A stretch of DNA of 64,000 bases from a virus (Duplodnaviria; Caudoviricetes), in the IMG/VR virus record IMGVR_UViG_3300035698_011749, positions 497 to 64,496 of that record; one strand, given 5' to 3'. Positions 19,379 to 29,682 of this stretch are shown here, piece after piece; the stretch's first letter is position 1, and the number at the start of each line of letters is the position of its first letter. The translations under genes were made by a program, and so were the position numbers. The notes beneath the pieces were generated by a model. The model saw only the letters and a list, made by a program, of their open reading frames with translations, did no database searches and was not told where the DNA came from.

Positions 19379-19577
19379 AGTGTGAGCAGTCTTAAGTTGC
19401 CAAAAGCGCCGACTGTTCACACTTCCAACCCTGAACTCAAGCGGATAGAGTAGGACTATACGTATGTAGATAAAAATTTATCCTACCGGGCGGGAGAAAG
19501 AAATGACTCGGACCGTCCCATGAAACACTTGAACGGACGAGATTATAGCCTCTCAGTGTTTGGGTTCAGAGTTGGGA
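19379..19577 (+). ncRNA. Candidate structured RNA or leader
   Basis: 13-bp hairpin 19379-19423; 20-bp closing stem 19423-19442/19558-19577 enclosing sub-stems. Confidence 0.5.
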
Positions 19578-19596
19578 ATGGAAAGGAGGTGATAAT

Positions 19597-19728
19597 ATGC
19601 CGAAGAAAGACGGAACTGGACCACCTAAAGGAAGTGGTGGACCAAAAGATGGAAGCGGAAAAGGAAAAGGCCAGGCTCCTGGTAAGGGAACAGGTACAAA
19701 AAAAGGCGGGAAGAAGGGAAGTTGTTGA
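19597..19728 (+). CDS. 43-aa Gly/Lys-rich peptide MPKKDGTGPPKGSGGPKDGSGKGKG... (N-terminus resembles DUF5320)
   Basis: Ideal AAGGAGGTGA RBS; lies in a different frame from the ORF-track call 19520-19741. Confidence 0.75.
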   Translation: MPKKDGTGPPKGSGGPKDGSGKGKGQAPGKGTGTKKGGKKGSC

Positions 19729-19781
19729 TTTAACTATTTAACAATGCTGCCGGGTAATACCGGCAGTATAAAGGAATTATC

Positions 19782-20285
19782 ATGACCAACTACGAAACGA
19801 TATCATCAGGCATTTGTCCGAAATGTCAAGAGGCTCTGCGTGGATCTGAGCATTCAGAGAACAATGGTTTTAATTATTACTGTGATAAATGCTTCCTGAG
19901 ATACATCTTTCAGGATGATATGGGGCCGGGGAGCTATACCACGAAGCCCATGACCGAGCAAACCGAGCAAGAGCGGCTTAACAGGCTGATGGCAGAGAAG
20001 GTGATGGGGTTTGTGGATGGTCCTGTAAAGGGGTGGTATTTCAAAAACCGCTATGATAGCGAGTTTATTAAGGCCTGGAACCCCTGGGGAGACATCGGGC
20101 AGGCGATGGAGTGCTTAATGGCCGCTAAGGGATATACAGGAGGTGTCTATCAAATTTCCGACGGAAGGTGGCTTGGATTCGTATCCCGGAGAAATGTTAT
20201 TGCCGATATCAAGGCTATAGCCACCGAACCATCAACCGCAATCGTCAAGGCGCTCGAAGCGGCGGTGAAAGGGGGAGGGGGATGA
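19782..20285 (+). CDS. Zn-ribbon + phage ABA-sandwich-like protein
   Basis: CPKC..CDKC; LNRLMAEKVMG...WNPWGDIGQAMECL...PSTAIVKA. Confidence 0.6.
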   Translation: MTNYETISSGICPKCQEALRGSEHSENNGFNYYCDKCFLRYIFQDDMGPGSYTTKPMTEQTEQERLNRLMAEKVMGFVDGPVKGWYFKNRYDSEFIKAWNPWGDIGQAMECLMAAKGYTGGVYQISDGRWLGFVSRRNVIADIKAIATEPSTAIVKALEAAVKGGGG

Positions 20286-20728
20286 AAACAATACTATTCA
20301 CACCTGATAAGGTTTGTGAGGAATTGGCTGTAATTATACAATTAATGTCAGAGCTTCCAGAGAATATGCCAAATAGTAATTGGGGCAAGGAGCATCTACT
20401 GTTGGACCTTCCCTACAAATGGAAGCTTTCTTTCGGTGTATATATTGGAGATGTCTTAAGGGGGCTTATATTTGCCTCTAATAAGTTGGGGAAATACCAT
20501 ATCCATTATATAACCGTGGATAAAGGCATGAGGGGCGGCGGGGCTGGAAAGGCCATGATCAGGGAGGCCGGAAAACTTGCTATGTTGTATGGGTTAAGTG
20601 GCATTACATTGAAGGTATTTAAATTGAATCAGCCCGCTATTGAATTTTACCGGAGGCAGGGATTCCAAGAAAAGAGCGCATCGGATGATTACCTGCTATT
20701 TGAAAAACTATCAGAGAGGATATCATAA
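20282..20728 (+). CDS. GNAT acetyltransferase
   Basis: VDKGMRGGGAGKAMI and NQPAIEFYRRQGF; start at ATG 20282. Confidence 0.85.
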   Translation: MKTILFTPDKVCEELAVIIQLMSELPENMPNSNWGKEHLLLDLPYKWKLSFGVYIGDVLRGLIFASNKLGKYHIHYITVDKGMRGGGAGKAMIREAGKLAMLYGLSGITLKVFKLNQPAIEFYRRQGFQEKSASDDYLLFEKLSERIS

Positions 20729-20770
20729 AAATAGGGGTTCAACTTTTTAAATGGTGAAAGGGGGAGGGGG

Positions 20771-22639
20771 ATGAAAATCAAAAACTGGGAGTGCCCACAC
20801 TGTAAAATGGATTCAGGGGCAATGATTGAAGATCACGACTGCTTTGACTGGCAAATGCACTCACCGAACACCATGAAGCAACTTTGGAGATGTGATAACT
20901 GTAATGGGTATTATTTCGTCTACTTTGAACTATCTTCAATAACGCCTCTCTGGGAGACAGAAAGAAAGGAGGCAAAATGAAAAAGCTATTACTCGCGGCA
21001 ATCGCGCTGGCCCTGTTCGCAGGACCGGCATGGGCAGAACCCCGAATCGAGAACCGGAATGACTGCGTCCGAGCATGGGCGCTGCATGAGTACAAAGCGG
21101 ATAACGATATTTTCACCCTGCCGCCCGGTTGCGAGAGACCGGAAGACCCGGAACCGGAGTGGGTATATCAGGCCGTCATAGACTACGTCCCAGCGGGATG
21201 TGAGTTTATCGAATGGCGGCAGATCGGCGGGAGGGCTGTGGCGATTGTGAAGTTTAGGCGGGAGGTGGAGTGATTATGGATATTACAAAATGCCCTGATT
21301 GCGGAGCAGAAATACAATATTACCACCATAAGAATCCTGCGGTTACAAGGTTAGTATGCAAAGAAAAATGCCAAGGGTGGAAAGTGTTGAAGGAGATTAA
21401 TCGCCCAATGGCACCCATTAAAAACGGTAATTATTGGAACTGTCCGATATGCGGAGACAGTTACAAATATAAGGGTGGGGCTAATGGGTGTTGTTCCCGC
21501 CATGTTGAGGAGACCAAGCCATGACCTACAAAGCGATGTGCGACGACGAGAGGATTCAGGGATTGTGGGTTCCGAAGGTGGGGGACAGGGTAAACATGGG
21601 GATTCTCTTAAAAATAGACGATGTAGACCCGGCAGCCCAAATACAATGGTATTATACTACGACCGGTAGATATCAACGAGCAGCCCTCACATGGCTCCCC
21701 TCGTTAGAGGATATCGGGGAGTGGTTGGAAGGCTTTAGGTGGCAGTATAAGCATGTTGATATGGCTTGCGGAGATGCTCACTGGACATATGATTGGACAA
21801 ACATAGAGGATGTTAAGTTATTTTCTGCCGACACCGAAGTCAAGGCCCGTCTTATGCTCTGGATGTGGGTTAAGCACGCCCTGACCTGGGCCGGGGAGTG
21901 GAAGCCTCATGGATTATTTTAGGAGGGAAAGAAATGGTAAAAAAATGGTTGTTTCAGGAAATCTGGATGAATAATCTAGCTCTTCTGCTTATTAAGGCCA
22001 TTTCCTTAATATTTGGTTTTATTTTAGGCTTTGCATTTAGCCTTTATCCCTAACCGCACTACCAGGCTTTTGCCGAAAGGAGAAAAATGATCACCAATAT
22101 ATACATCAGGGAAGAAGTAGGCGACCGACAGGAAATCACATCGTCTATGATTGCACGGGCATACAGAAAAGCCTTAACGGAATCATGGGACAGTGAAAAC
22201 AAACGGATGGCCCAAATACAGGGTCAGCTTGCTCAGGCGCGGGGTGTGGCTTATAGTAATTATGGCCTCTGCGCTAATAATATGCTTGGTTATCAACTTG
22301 GGAGCAGCTTGTTCGGCAGATGCCCATGCTGTGGCAAATAACCGCACTACCGGGCTTGCTGAAAGGAGAATGGAAATGCTTAATGATTTCAAATCAGGTC
22401 AAATAATGAACAATAAAAAAGAACCAATTCATTGTTGCCTACATAAAAATATTGTTCCTCTCGAATTTGGTTTTGCACGTAAGACTTGGCCTAATGGATA
22501 TAAAGCTGAACCGAATTATAATTTTGCTACAAATCTAATTGGTGCAGATACTGTTAGAGTTAGGCTTTACTTTTGTCTTGATTGTAAATGTGAAATTAAA
22601 GCACCAAATCCAGGACAGTCTAAAAGGGATAGACTTTAG
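20771..22639 (+). CDS. Cluster of small accessory ORFs (20771, 20977 with signal peptide, 21270, 21521, 22087, ~22376), several with Zn-ribbon motifs
   Basis: ORF track; overlapping start/stop codons; visibly higher GC up to about 22370. Confidence 0.65.
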
Positions 22640-22825
22640 AAAGGAGTCAATTAATGCAAGGTAAACATTTTTCAGAAGAAATAAAAATGAAAATTTATAA
22701 AATTCGTATAAATGATAAACTAACATACAAAAAAATTGCTGAAAGGTTTAGTATAAATATAAACTCTATTGGTCCGATAGTTAGATCAGTACAAAAGAAA
22801 CTTGAAAAATAAAGGATAGCTTATA

Positions 22826-23239
22826 ATGCGTATTATTATTATTATATTATTAATCGTTATAAGTATTTCTATAAATACTCTTAATGATACTATTCATAAA
22901 GATTTATCTGAAATAAAAATTATTTTAACTAAGCCAAAAAACAATCATCACTTATATACAATAACAGCATACACAGCTCATAAATCAGAAACAAATAACA
23001 ATTCTCAAAAAACAGCCATAATGGAAAAATCATTTCCTGGTCGGACATGTGCAGTCAGTAGAGATCTTATTCATTGGCTTGGTAAAAAAATCTATATTGA
23101 AAATATCGGAGTATTTAAAGTAAATGATTTAATGAATAAACGCTTTAAAAGACGAATTGATATTTGTGCTCCAACAAAGTCATTTGCAAAAATTTTTGGA
23201 AAACGAACTAATATTAATGTAGTATTGCTTGAAAAATGA
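22826..23239 (+). CDS. Membrane-anchored 3D-domain protein (MltA-like cell-wall enzyme)
   Basis: N-terminal hydrophobic helix; ITAYT, CAVSRD, V.D and RIDI. Confidence 0.7.
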   Translation: MRIIIIILLIVISISINTLNDTIHKDLSEIKIILTKPKNNHHLYTITAYTAHKSETNNNSQKTAIMEKSFPGRTCAVSRDLIHWLGKKIYIENIGVFKVNDLMNKRFKRRIDICAPTKSFAKIFGKRTNINVVLLEK

Positions 23240-23625
23240 AAGGAAAATTTATGAAAGCTGAAAGACCACAAACACTTAATGGATTTACACGAAAAATCAA
23301 AGCAGGTCTTGGTAATGTTTATATTACAATTAATGAGCTTGATAACATTCCATTCGAAGTTTTTGTTTCTACTGGAAAATGTGGTCAAAGTATTATGGCA
23401 AAAGCTGAAGTAGTTGGTAGACTTGTCAGTCTTGCCTTGAGAGCAAATGTTCCTATAAATGAAATTATTGCTCAACTTGAAGGTATTGCAGGAGAATATC
23501 CAATTCCATATAAAGACGGTGTTATACTTAGTATTCCAGATGCTGTTGGAAAAGTACTTAAAGAAAAATATGGAGAAAATAAAAATGAAAAAGCAATACA
23601 ACCGCAAAAAGAAAACAAACTTTAG
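23236..23625 (+). CDS. Stand-alone TSCPD-domain protein (class II RNR C-terminal / NrdJb-like)
   Basis: RPQTLNGFT, GNVYITIN, PFEVF, GRLVSLALR and SIPDAVG. Confidence 0.8.
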   Translation: MKGKFMKAERPQTLNGFTRKIKAGLGNVYITINELDNIPFEVFVSTGKCGQSIMAKAEVVGRLVSLALRANVPINEIIAQLEGIAGEYPIPYKDGVILSIPDAVGKVLKEKYGENKNEKAIQPQKENKL

Positions 23626-23851
23626 AAACCATACTAAAAACAGATTAAGTGAAAGATATAATGTTATTTTTACTAACCAAGATTTAATAAATATGGTAAA
23701 TTTAATTCAATCAAGAGAATCAAAAATAATCAAAGCTTTTTCAAATACCAGAACTTTACATAAAATTATTTATAAAGACATTGAAATGATTGTTATTTAT
23801 AACAAGTACTATAAAGAAATCGCAACAGTTTTTGAAAAGGATATATTATGA
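23585..23851 (+). CDS. Basic hypothetical protein
   Basis: Likely start at MKKQYN within ORF 23459-23851. Confidence 0.55.
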   Translation: MKKQYNRKKKTNFRNHTKNRLSERYNVIFTNQDLINMVNLIQSRESKIIKAFSNTRTLHKIIYKDIEMIVIYNKYYKEIATVFEKDIL

Positions 23852-26397
23852 TAATACCAAAAATTAGTTCTACAACTACCAAAAAAGAGCAGAAAAAAAC
23901 ATTTGACGCTCTTGTAATAGAATGTCCACCAACTGATAATATTAAAACTGCAAAAATTGCTATGGTAGGTGAAGCACCAAGCAATATTGAATTGTTAAAA
24001 GGCGAGCCTTTTATTGGTCCTGCTGGAGCACAACTTAATAGAGTTTGTGCTGCTATCAGATTAGCAAGATATCAAATTTATTTGACTAATGCCTGTAAAG
24101 CAAAATTACCAAATAATAATTCTGATAAACTTTGGACAATAAAAGGTTATCGACATCCTGATTGGAAAGAATTACAAACTCGCCTGATTGATGAACTTGC
24201 AGAATTTGATGGTAAAGTAATAATGTTGCTTGGTGTAACAGCAATGATGTTATTGATTGATACACCACGCTTTAATTCAATAGGCAAATATCGCGGAAGT
24301 TTTTATCCTGCCGAAGATTTCCCACATTTAAAAAACAAATTATCCGGAAAAGTAATTGGCTTATCTTATCATCCATCTTTTACAATGGATTACAAACAGC
24401 CAGTTCATTTCTATACAATGATTGCTGACTTTAGCAAGGCATTAAAAATTATTGACAAGCCTGAACTTTTGAATAATAATACAGATATCAAAATTCAATC
24501 ATCATTAGATGAAATTCTAAAATTCTATGCATTAGTAAAAACTAAAGAATATGTAGGATTTGATATTGAAGCTACACCGAAATTCATTACTTGTTTTAGT
24601 CTTGCAGTATATCATGAAGACAAAATAATTTCAATGTCAATTCCAATTATGAATAATCAAGGTAATATGTGGTCTGTTGAAGAAGAGATAAAAATTTGGA
24701 TTGGTTTGGCAGAAATATTAGAAGATCCAAATATCAAAATACTTTGCCAAAATGGAATGTTTGATGTAATGTTTACACTTCGTACAATGAATATTAAAAC
24801 AGATAATTTCTTCTTTGATACAATGTTAGCGCAGCATAGAGTATATACAGAACTTCCAAAAGGTCTTGATTATTTAACAGCTGCTTATACATATTATCCA
24901 TACTACAAAGATGAAGGAAAACAATCACATCTTAAAGTTATTAAAGACTGGAAACAGTATTGGAATTATAATGCTAAAGATGCTGCATATCTTTTACCAA
25001 TTACCGAAGCTTTAATTACAGAATTGGAAGAATTTGAATCTACAAAATCTATGGATTATATGATGAATCTCCATAAACCATTAATGGAAATGGAATTTAA
25101 TGGGATATTAACTGATAGAAAAGGAATTATAAAAGCTTGTAAAGAATATAACGAAAAAATAATTGTAATACAAAAAGATTTAAATGAATTAGTCAGTAAA
25201 CAAACTAACAAAAGACTTAAAGAAATTAATCCTAACTCTCCAAAACAAATGATTGCTTATTTTTATGGATTTTGTATGATTAAGCCTTACATTAGCCGAA
25301 TATCAGGTAATGCTACTTGCGATTCAGTTGCATTACATCGAATAGCCAAGAAAGGAAAGAAAGGAGCTGAAGAAGCTAAACTTGTAATTAAGATACGTAA
25401 ATATAAGAAATTAGTTTCAACTTATTTTGAAGTACCAATAGATAACGATAATCGTCTTCGATGTAACCATAAAATAACTGGAACCGTATCTGGTAGAATA
25501 GCTACTGAACGTACTTATTTTGGCACTGGAACAAATCTTCAAAATCAACCTTATCTCTTTAAATATTATCTTATTTCTGATCCAGATTGGATTTTATGCG
25601 AATGTGACCTTGCCAAGGCAGAAGCTCACGTAGTTGCGTATCTTACTCAAGATGCAAATATGATTCAATCATTTGAATCAGGAATTGATGTACATTCATT
25701 TAATGCGAGCAAAATATTTAACATACCTATTGAAGATGTTATTAAAGAAGCAAAAGAAAAGAAGATGGATCCAAAAAGTACAATGCGTTTCATGGGTAAA
25801 AAAGTTGTCCATGCGAGCAACTATTCAATGGGACCGCAAACCTTTTCAGATAACCTCGCTAAAGAAGAAGTTTTTATGTCACAGTCTGAATGTAAAATAC
25901 TTCTTCAAAATTATCAGGATCGTTTTCCTGGTCTAAAAAGATGGCATCGTTCAATTGAAGAAGAAGTTCAAAATTCAAGAGTTCTTTATAATTTATTTGG
26001 CAGTCCAAGAAGATTTCTTGGTGTTATGGGGCCAGCCTTATTTAGAAATGCTTACAGCTATAAGCCACAATCAACAGTTGCTGAACTTCTAAATCGTGGA
26101 ATGATTAAAATTGCTAATGATTCCAGGCTTGGCAAAGATGGTTTTGATATTAGATTATTAACAACTGTCCACGATTCAATTCTATTTCAATTCCATAAAA
26201 GTAAACTTCCCAACCTGCTTCAAATCTTACTAATAATTGAAGACCATATGACACATACATTTACTTACAAAGGTAGGAGCTTTACCATCGGCTTGGATGC
26301 AAAAATTGGTACTCAATGGGCTGGTAAGACAGCAGAAATTAATCCATTTACCCAAGAAGAAATTGATGCATCAATTGAAAAGATTGGATTAGATTAA
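23848..26397 (+). CDS. polA: Family A DNA polymerase with N-terminal uracil-DNA-glycosylase-like domain and 3'-5' exonuclease
   Basis: VGEAP..E...PFIGPAG, YHPS (UDG family 4-like); FDIE, QNGMFD, YNAKD (exonuclease); TVSGR, DLAKAE, R...K...H...Y and VHDS. Confidence 0.93.
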   Translation: MIIPKISSTTTKKEQKKTFDALVIECPPTDNIKTAKIAMVGEAPSNIELLKGEPFIGPAGAQLNRVCAAIRLARYQIYLTNACKAKLPNNNSDKLWTIKGYRHPDWKELQTRLIDELAEFDGKVIMLLGVTAMMLLIDTPRFNSIGKYRGSFYPAEDFPHLKNKLSGKVIGLSYHPSFTMDYKQPVHFYTMIADFSKALKIIDKPELLNNNTDIKIQSSLDEILKFYALVKTKEYVGFDIEATPKFITCFSLAVYHEDKIISMSIPIMNNQGNMWSVEEEIKIWIGLAEILEDPNIKILCQNGMFDVMFTLRTMNIKTDNFFFDTMLAQHRVYTELPKGLDYLTAAYTYYPYYKDEGKQSHLKVIKDWKQYWNYNAKDAAYLLPITEALITELEEFESTKSMDYMMNLHKPLMEMEFNGILTDRKGIIKACKEYNEKIIVIQKDLNELVSKQTNKRLKEINPNSPKQMIAYFYGFCMIKPYISRISGNATCDSVALHRIAKKGKKGAEEAKLVIKIRKYKKLVSTYFEVPIDNDNRLRCNHKITGTVSGRIATERTYFGTGTNLQNQPYLFKYYLISDPDWILCECDLAKAEAHVVAYLTQDANMIQSFESGIDVHSFNASKIFNIPIEDVIKEAKEKKMDPKSTMRFMGKKVVHASNYSMGPQTFSDNLAKEEVFMSQSECKILLQNYQDRFPGLKRWHRSIEEEVQNSRVLYNLFGSPRRFLGVMGPALFRNAYSYKPQSTVAELLNRGMIKIANDSRLGKDGFDIRLLTTVHDSILFQFHKSKLPNLLQILLIIEDHMTHTFTYKGRSFTIGLDAKIGTQWAGKTAEINPFTQEEIDASIEKIGLD

Positions 26398-26675
26398 GGA
26401 GACGGAATGTATGAATTTTATAATGGCATAATGGATTGGCTAGGGATGTATTTGTCTACCTTTTATATACAGCTAATTATTATAGTCGTGATTGAACTGT
26501 ATACATACATCATACTAAGCGGTACAGAGTGGGGAATGGGTAATGTTAAAAGAAAAGATATTATTGCTCCTTTGGACACATCTTAATAGTAAATATTCAC
26601 CTAAGAACAAACATTCCAAATAATAAATACTATTAATAACTCAGTTAAATCTCATACAAAATAAGGAAATATTAT

Positions 26676-27938
26676 ATGGCGCGACAACTCTCCGACTGGC
26701 TCGAATATTATATGAAATATACACAGCGTACAGAACCACCAGAATTATATCATTTATGGTCAGGATTAACAGCAATCAGCTCGGCATTACGTCGAAAATG
26801 TTTTTGTAATTGGGGCGCACTGAGAGGTCTAATTTATCCCAATGTTTTTGTATCTTTAGTTGGTCCGCCTGGAGGTAGAAAAGGAACTGCTATGAGAATA
26901 GCAAAAGATTTCGTACATAAACTTGATGCACCAATGGGGGCAGATTCTTTAGGCTCAACTCAGGCATTATATAGAGAATTAATGGAAAGTGAAGATTCAT
27001 ATGTAGACCCACAAGGAATCACTCGCAAACATAAAAGTCTTTCAGTATGGGCAGAAGAATTTCAAGTATTTTTATCTGATAGAGATCAAATGTTAATACC
27101 ATCATTAACTGATCTTTTTGATTGTGCTGATGTTTGGAAATATAAAACATTATCCAGAAAAACTGAAGATATATCAAATTGTTGGATTACAATCATTGGA
27201 GCAATTACGCCAGATTTATTGCAAGACAAATTAACTCGCATTGCTGTTGGTGGTGGTCTTATATCTCGAATTATTTTTATAGTTGGTTACGGTCCAAAAC
27301 AGCGAAAAGCACTACAATTTCTAACAGAAGAAGAAGAAGAAATACAACAAAAATTAAAAGATGATTTACAAGAAATTGCAAATTTATCGGGCCAATTTGT
27401 CCTATCTAAAGATTTTCTTCGATCTTATGTTCGCTGGTATGAACAAGAATATGATGAATCTGGAGTTCCATCAGATAAATTTCTTGGATATAATCACAGG
27501 CGGCCACTTCATATAAATAAAGTTTGTATGTTATTATCAGCATCTGAATCTAATGATATGATTCTTACAGATAAACACTTTGAGAAAGCTTTAGCAGTTA
27601 TGCAAATAACCGAGCAAGAAATGCCAAATGCATTTTATGGTCTTGGACTGGCAAGTCAAGCAAATGTATATGCAAAAATCTTATCTTTTATTGAAGCTAA
27701 AGATTCTTTTGATTGGTCTGAATTATTACGTAATTTTCATCTTGATGTAGAAAACATTACTCAACTTCGTGGATATATTGAAATGGCAGAACAGTCTGGA
27801 TTAATAACTTGTGAATCTTCTGCCACTACTTGTGTATATACAGCGATTAAAACACCAACTATTATTCATGATCCAACTTATATTGAAAAAACTATTTTTA
27901 GGTTGATGGATCGGAATGTGATTAAACAACTGGAATAA
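26676..27938 (+). CDS. DUF3987-type P-loop replicative helicase-like protein
   Basis: EPPELYHLW, YPNVFVSLVGPPGGRKGT, EEF and GGLISRIIF; follows PolA. Confidence 0.75.
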   Translation: MARQLSDWLEYYMKYTQRTEPPELYHLWSGLTAISSALRRKCFCNWGALRGLIYPNVFVSLVGPPGGRKGTAMRIAKDFVHKLDAPMGADSLGSTQALYRELMESEDSYVDPQGITRKHKSLSVWAEEFQVFLSDRDQMLIPSLTDLFDCADVWKYKTLSRKTEDISNCWITIIGAITPDLLQDKLTRIAVGGGLISRIIFIVGYGPKQRKALQFLTEEEEEIQQKLKDDLQEIANLSGQFVLSKDFLRSYVRWYEQEYDESGVPSDKFLGYNHRRPLHINKVCMLLSASESNDMILTDKHFEKALAVMQITEQEMPNAFYGLGLASQANVYAKILSFIEAKDSFDWSELLRNFHLDVENITQLRGYIEMAEQSGLITCESSATTCVYTAIKTPTIIHDPTYIEKTIFRLMDRNVIKQLE

Positions 27939-27949
27939 GGAGAAAATTT

Positions 27950-28252
27950 ATGGGTGTTGACTGTAATCTTAAAATAAATAATAAATATTTTCAACTTGAT
28001 AGATGGTATGTTTTTTATTCAATTTTTAAATCAACAAAAATATATACAAAAACTGAGGCATTACTAAAAATTAATAATTTACTAAAAAAAGAAAATCTTG
28101 GAAAAGAATATCTTGAAAAAGAAGATATTGAGTATTACTCTTATTGGCTATTAGTAGCAAAGAAAGCAATTGAAAAAGCTAATAAAGATGATAAGATAAT
28201 ATTTTATAATGAAAATGATTTACCAGATGATGGTATAATTAAATTACCATAA
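27950..28252 (+). CDS. AT-rich hypothetical protein inside a direct-repeat-flanked insert
   Basis: ORF track; repeats at 27910 and 28440. Confidence 0.65.
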   Translation: MGVDCNLKINNKYFQLDRWYVFYSIFKSTKIYTKTEALLKINNLLKKENLGKEYLEKEDIEYYSYWLLVAKKAIEKANKDDKIIFYNENDLPDDGIIKLP

Positions 28253-28508
28253 GAATCTTTAGTCCTCCAATTGATGCTATAAATTCATTAAATTGATAAT
28301 TCTTTATTATATTTTGAATCAATATATTATCGTCAAATGAATTATGGCTTAGACATAACTTTTATTAATGATTTTGTTATTAGAGTAAAAGAGTTTTATA
28401 ATCAAAATACAGCAGGTCATATATTTTTATAAAATTAAAATCGGAATGTGATTAAACAATTGAAAGGAAGAAAATAATATTAACCACAATTAATCAAAGG
28501 AGAAAAAA

Positions 28509-29177
28509 ATGACAGATCAAATTGAAAGAAATGATGAAAAAAGAAATGATGAAGAAAGTAAAAAGATTTTATTCTTCGATACTGAGACATCAGATTTCAT
28601 TAAAAAAGCATTATCAGCTAACGACCCAGAACAGGCATGGTGTGTTCAAATTGGCGCATTGCTTACAGATTTAGAAGGCAATGAAATTGATAAACTCAAC
28701 GTAATTATTAAAGCCAATGGTAGATCTATGAATCACTATGCTGAAGCAGTTCACGGCATTAGTGTCGAACATGCTGATGAATTTGGCATCGAGGAATTAG
28801 AAGCAGCTGAGCAGTTTGGCCTTTTATTGAGACAAGCCAACCTGGTTGTTGGTCATAATTTCGATTTTGATTGGAAATATGCCATGCATCTTCTTGAAAG
28901 AAATATGGATAAATTAAGTGACGAAGCCAGATCAGCTTTCTATCTTGATCTGCCAAATTATTGTACTATGAAAGACAAGATAGTTGTAAAATTTTGTGGA
29001 TTAAAAAATAAAGCCAACAGGCCGAAGTGGCCGAAATTAATTGAGCTTCATTCGATTTTGTTTGATGAAGAGTTTGACGGAGCTCACGATGCATTTGCTG
29101 ATATTGTAGCTACAGCAAGATGTTATTTTGGATTGATTAAACGAGGTGTTATTGAATCAAAGTTGAATAATAACTAA
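28509..29177 (+). CDS. DEDDh 3'-5' exonuclease (DnaQ-like)
   Basis: FDTET, VHGI, GHNFDFD, CTM and AHDAFAD. Confidence 0.9.
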   Translation: MTDQIERNDEKRNDEESKKILFFDTETSDFIKKALSANDPEQAWCVQIGALLTDLEGNEIDKLNVIIKANGRSMNHYAEAVHGISVEHADEFGIEELEAAEQFGLLLRQANLVVGHNFDFDWKYAMHLLERNMDKLSDEARSAFYLDLPNYCTMKDKIVVKFCGLKNKANRPKWPKLIELHSILFDEEFDGAHDAFADIVATARCYFGLIKRGVIESKLNNN

Positions 29178-29282
29178 TCGCTGTTCATAAATGAACACCA
29201 ATTAAAGGAAACTATTCCAGTTATTTTTGATGATATTAATAACTGATAACATAATTATTAACTCAAACAAAGGAGAGAAAAA

Positions 29283-29597
29283 ATGAATAATGAAGAATTT
29301 GATATTGAATTAGAAAAATCTATCCTTCGAAGTAAAAAACTTCTAATGAAGAAAAAGTCAGAATATTCAGAAGAATCTGAAAATCGTCTTAACCAGTTTT
29401 ATCGTGCCGGATCTGCACAAAACATTTATCCAACTGAAGCTCTAATAGGCATGGCTATGAAACATGTAACATCTATAGCTGATATGGTAAAAAATCCTTA
29501 TAAGTATAATACACGCAAATGGAATGCAAAAATTACAGATCTTCGCAACTATACTTTCCTTCTTGATGCATTAATTAGAGATATGCAAATTGAATAA
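29283..29597 (+). CDS. Helical protein resembling nucleotide-modification-associated domain 1 (DUF1599-like)
   Basis: KKKSEYS...NQF...MKH...DLRNY pattern. Confidence 0.5.
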   Translation: MNNEEFDIELEKSILRSKKLLMKKKSEYSEESENRLNQFYRAGSAQNIYPTEALIGMAMKHVTSIADMVKNPYKYNTRKWNAKITDLRNYTFLLDALIRDMQIE

Positions 29598-29609
29598 ATA
29601 TCCATAATT

Positions 29610-29650
29610 AAAAAAGGGCTATTCAAAATCAATCTGGATAGCCCTTTTTT
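29610..29650. terminator. Bidirectional intrinsic terminator between the convergent arms
   Basis: AAAAAAGGGCTATTCA...TGGATAGCCCTTTTTT. Confidence 0.85.
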
Positions 29651-29682
29651 ACTTTTTTATTACCAACCTATTGAAAAAAAGT

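Noticed and set aside
19520-19741. ORF-track 73-aa protein
   Set aside because: Overlaps the structured region and has no RBS; the other-frame ORF 19597-19728 has an ideal RBS.
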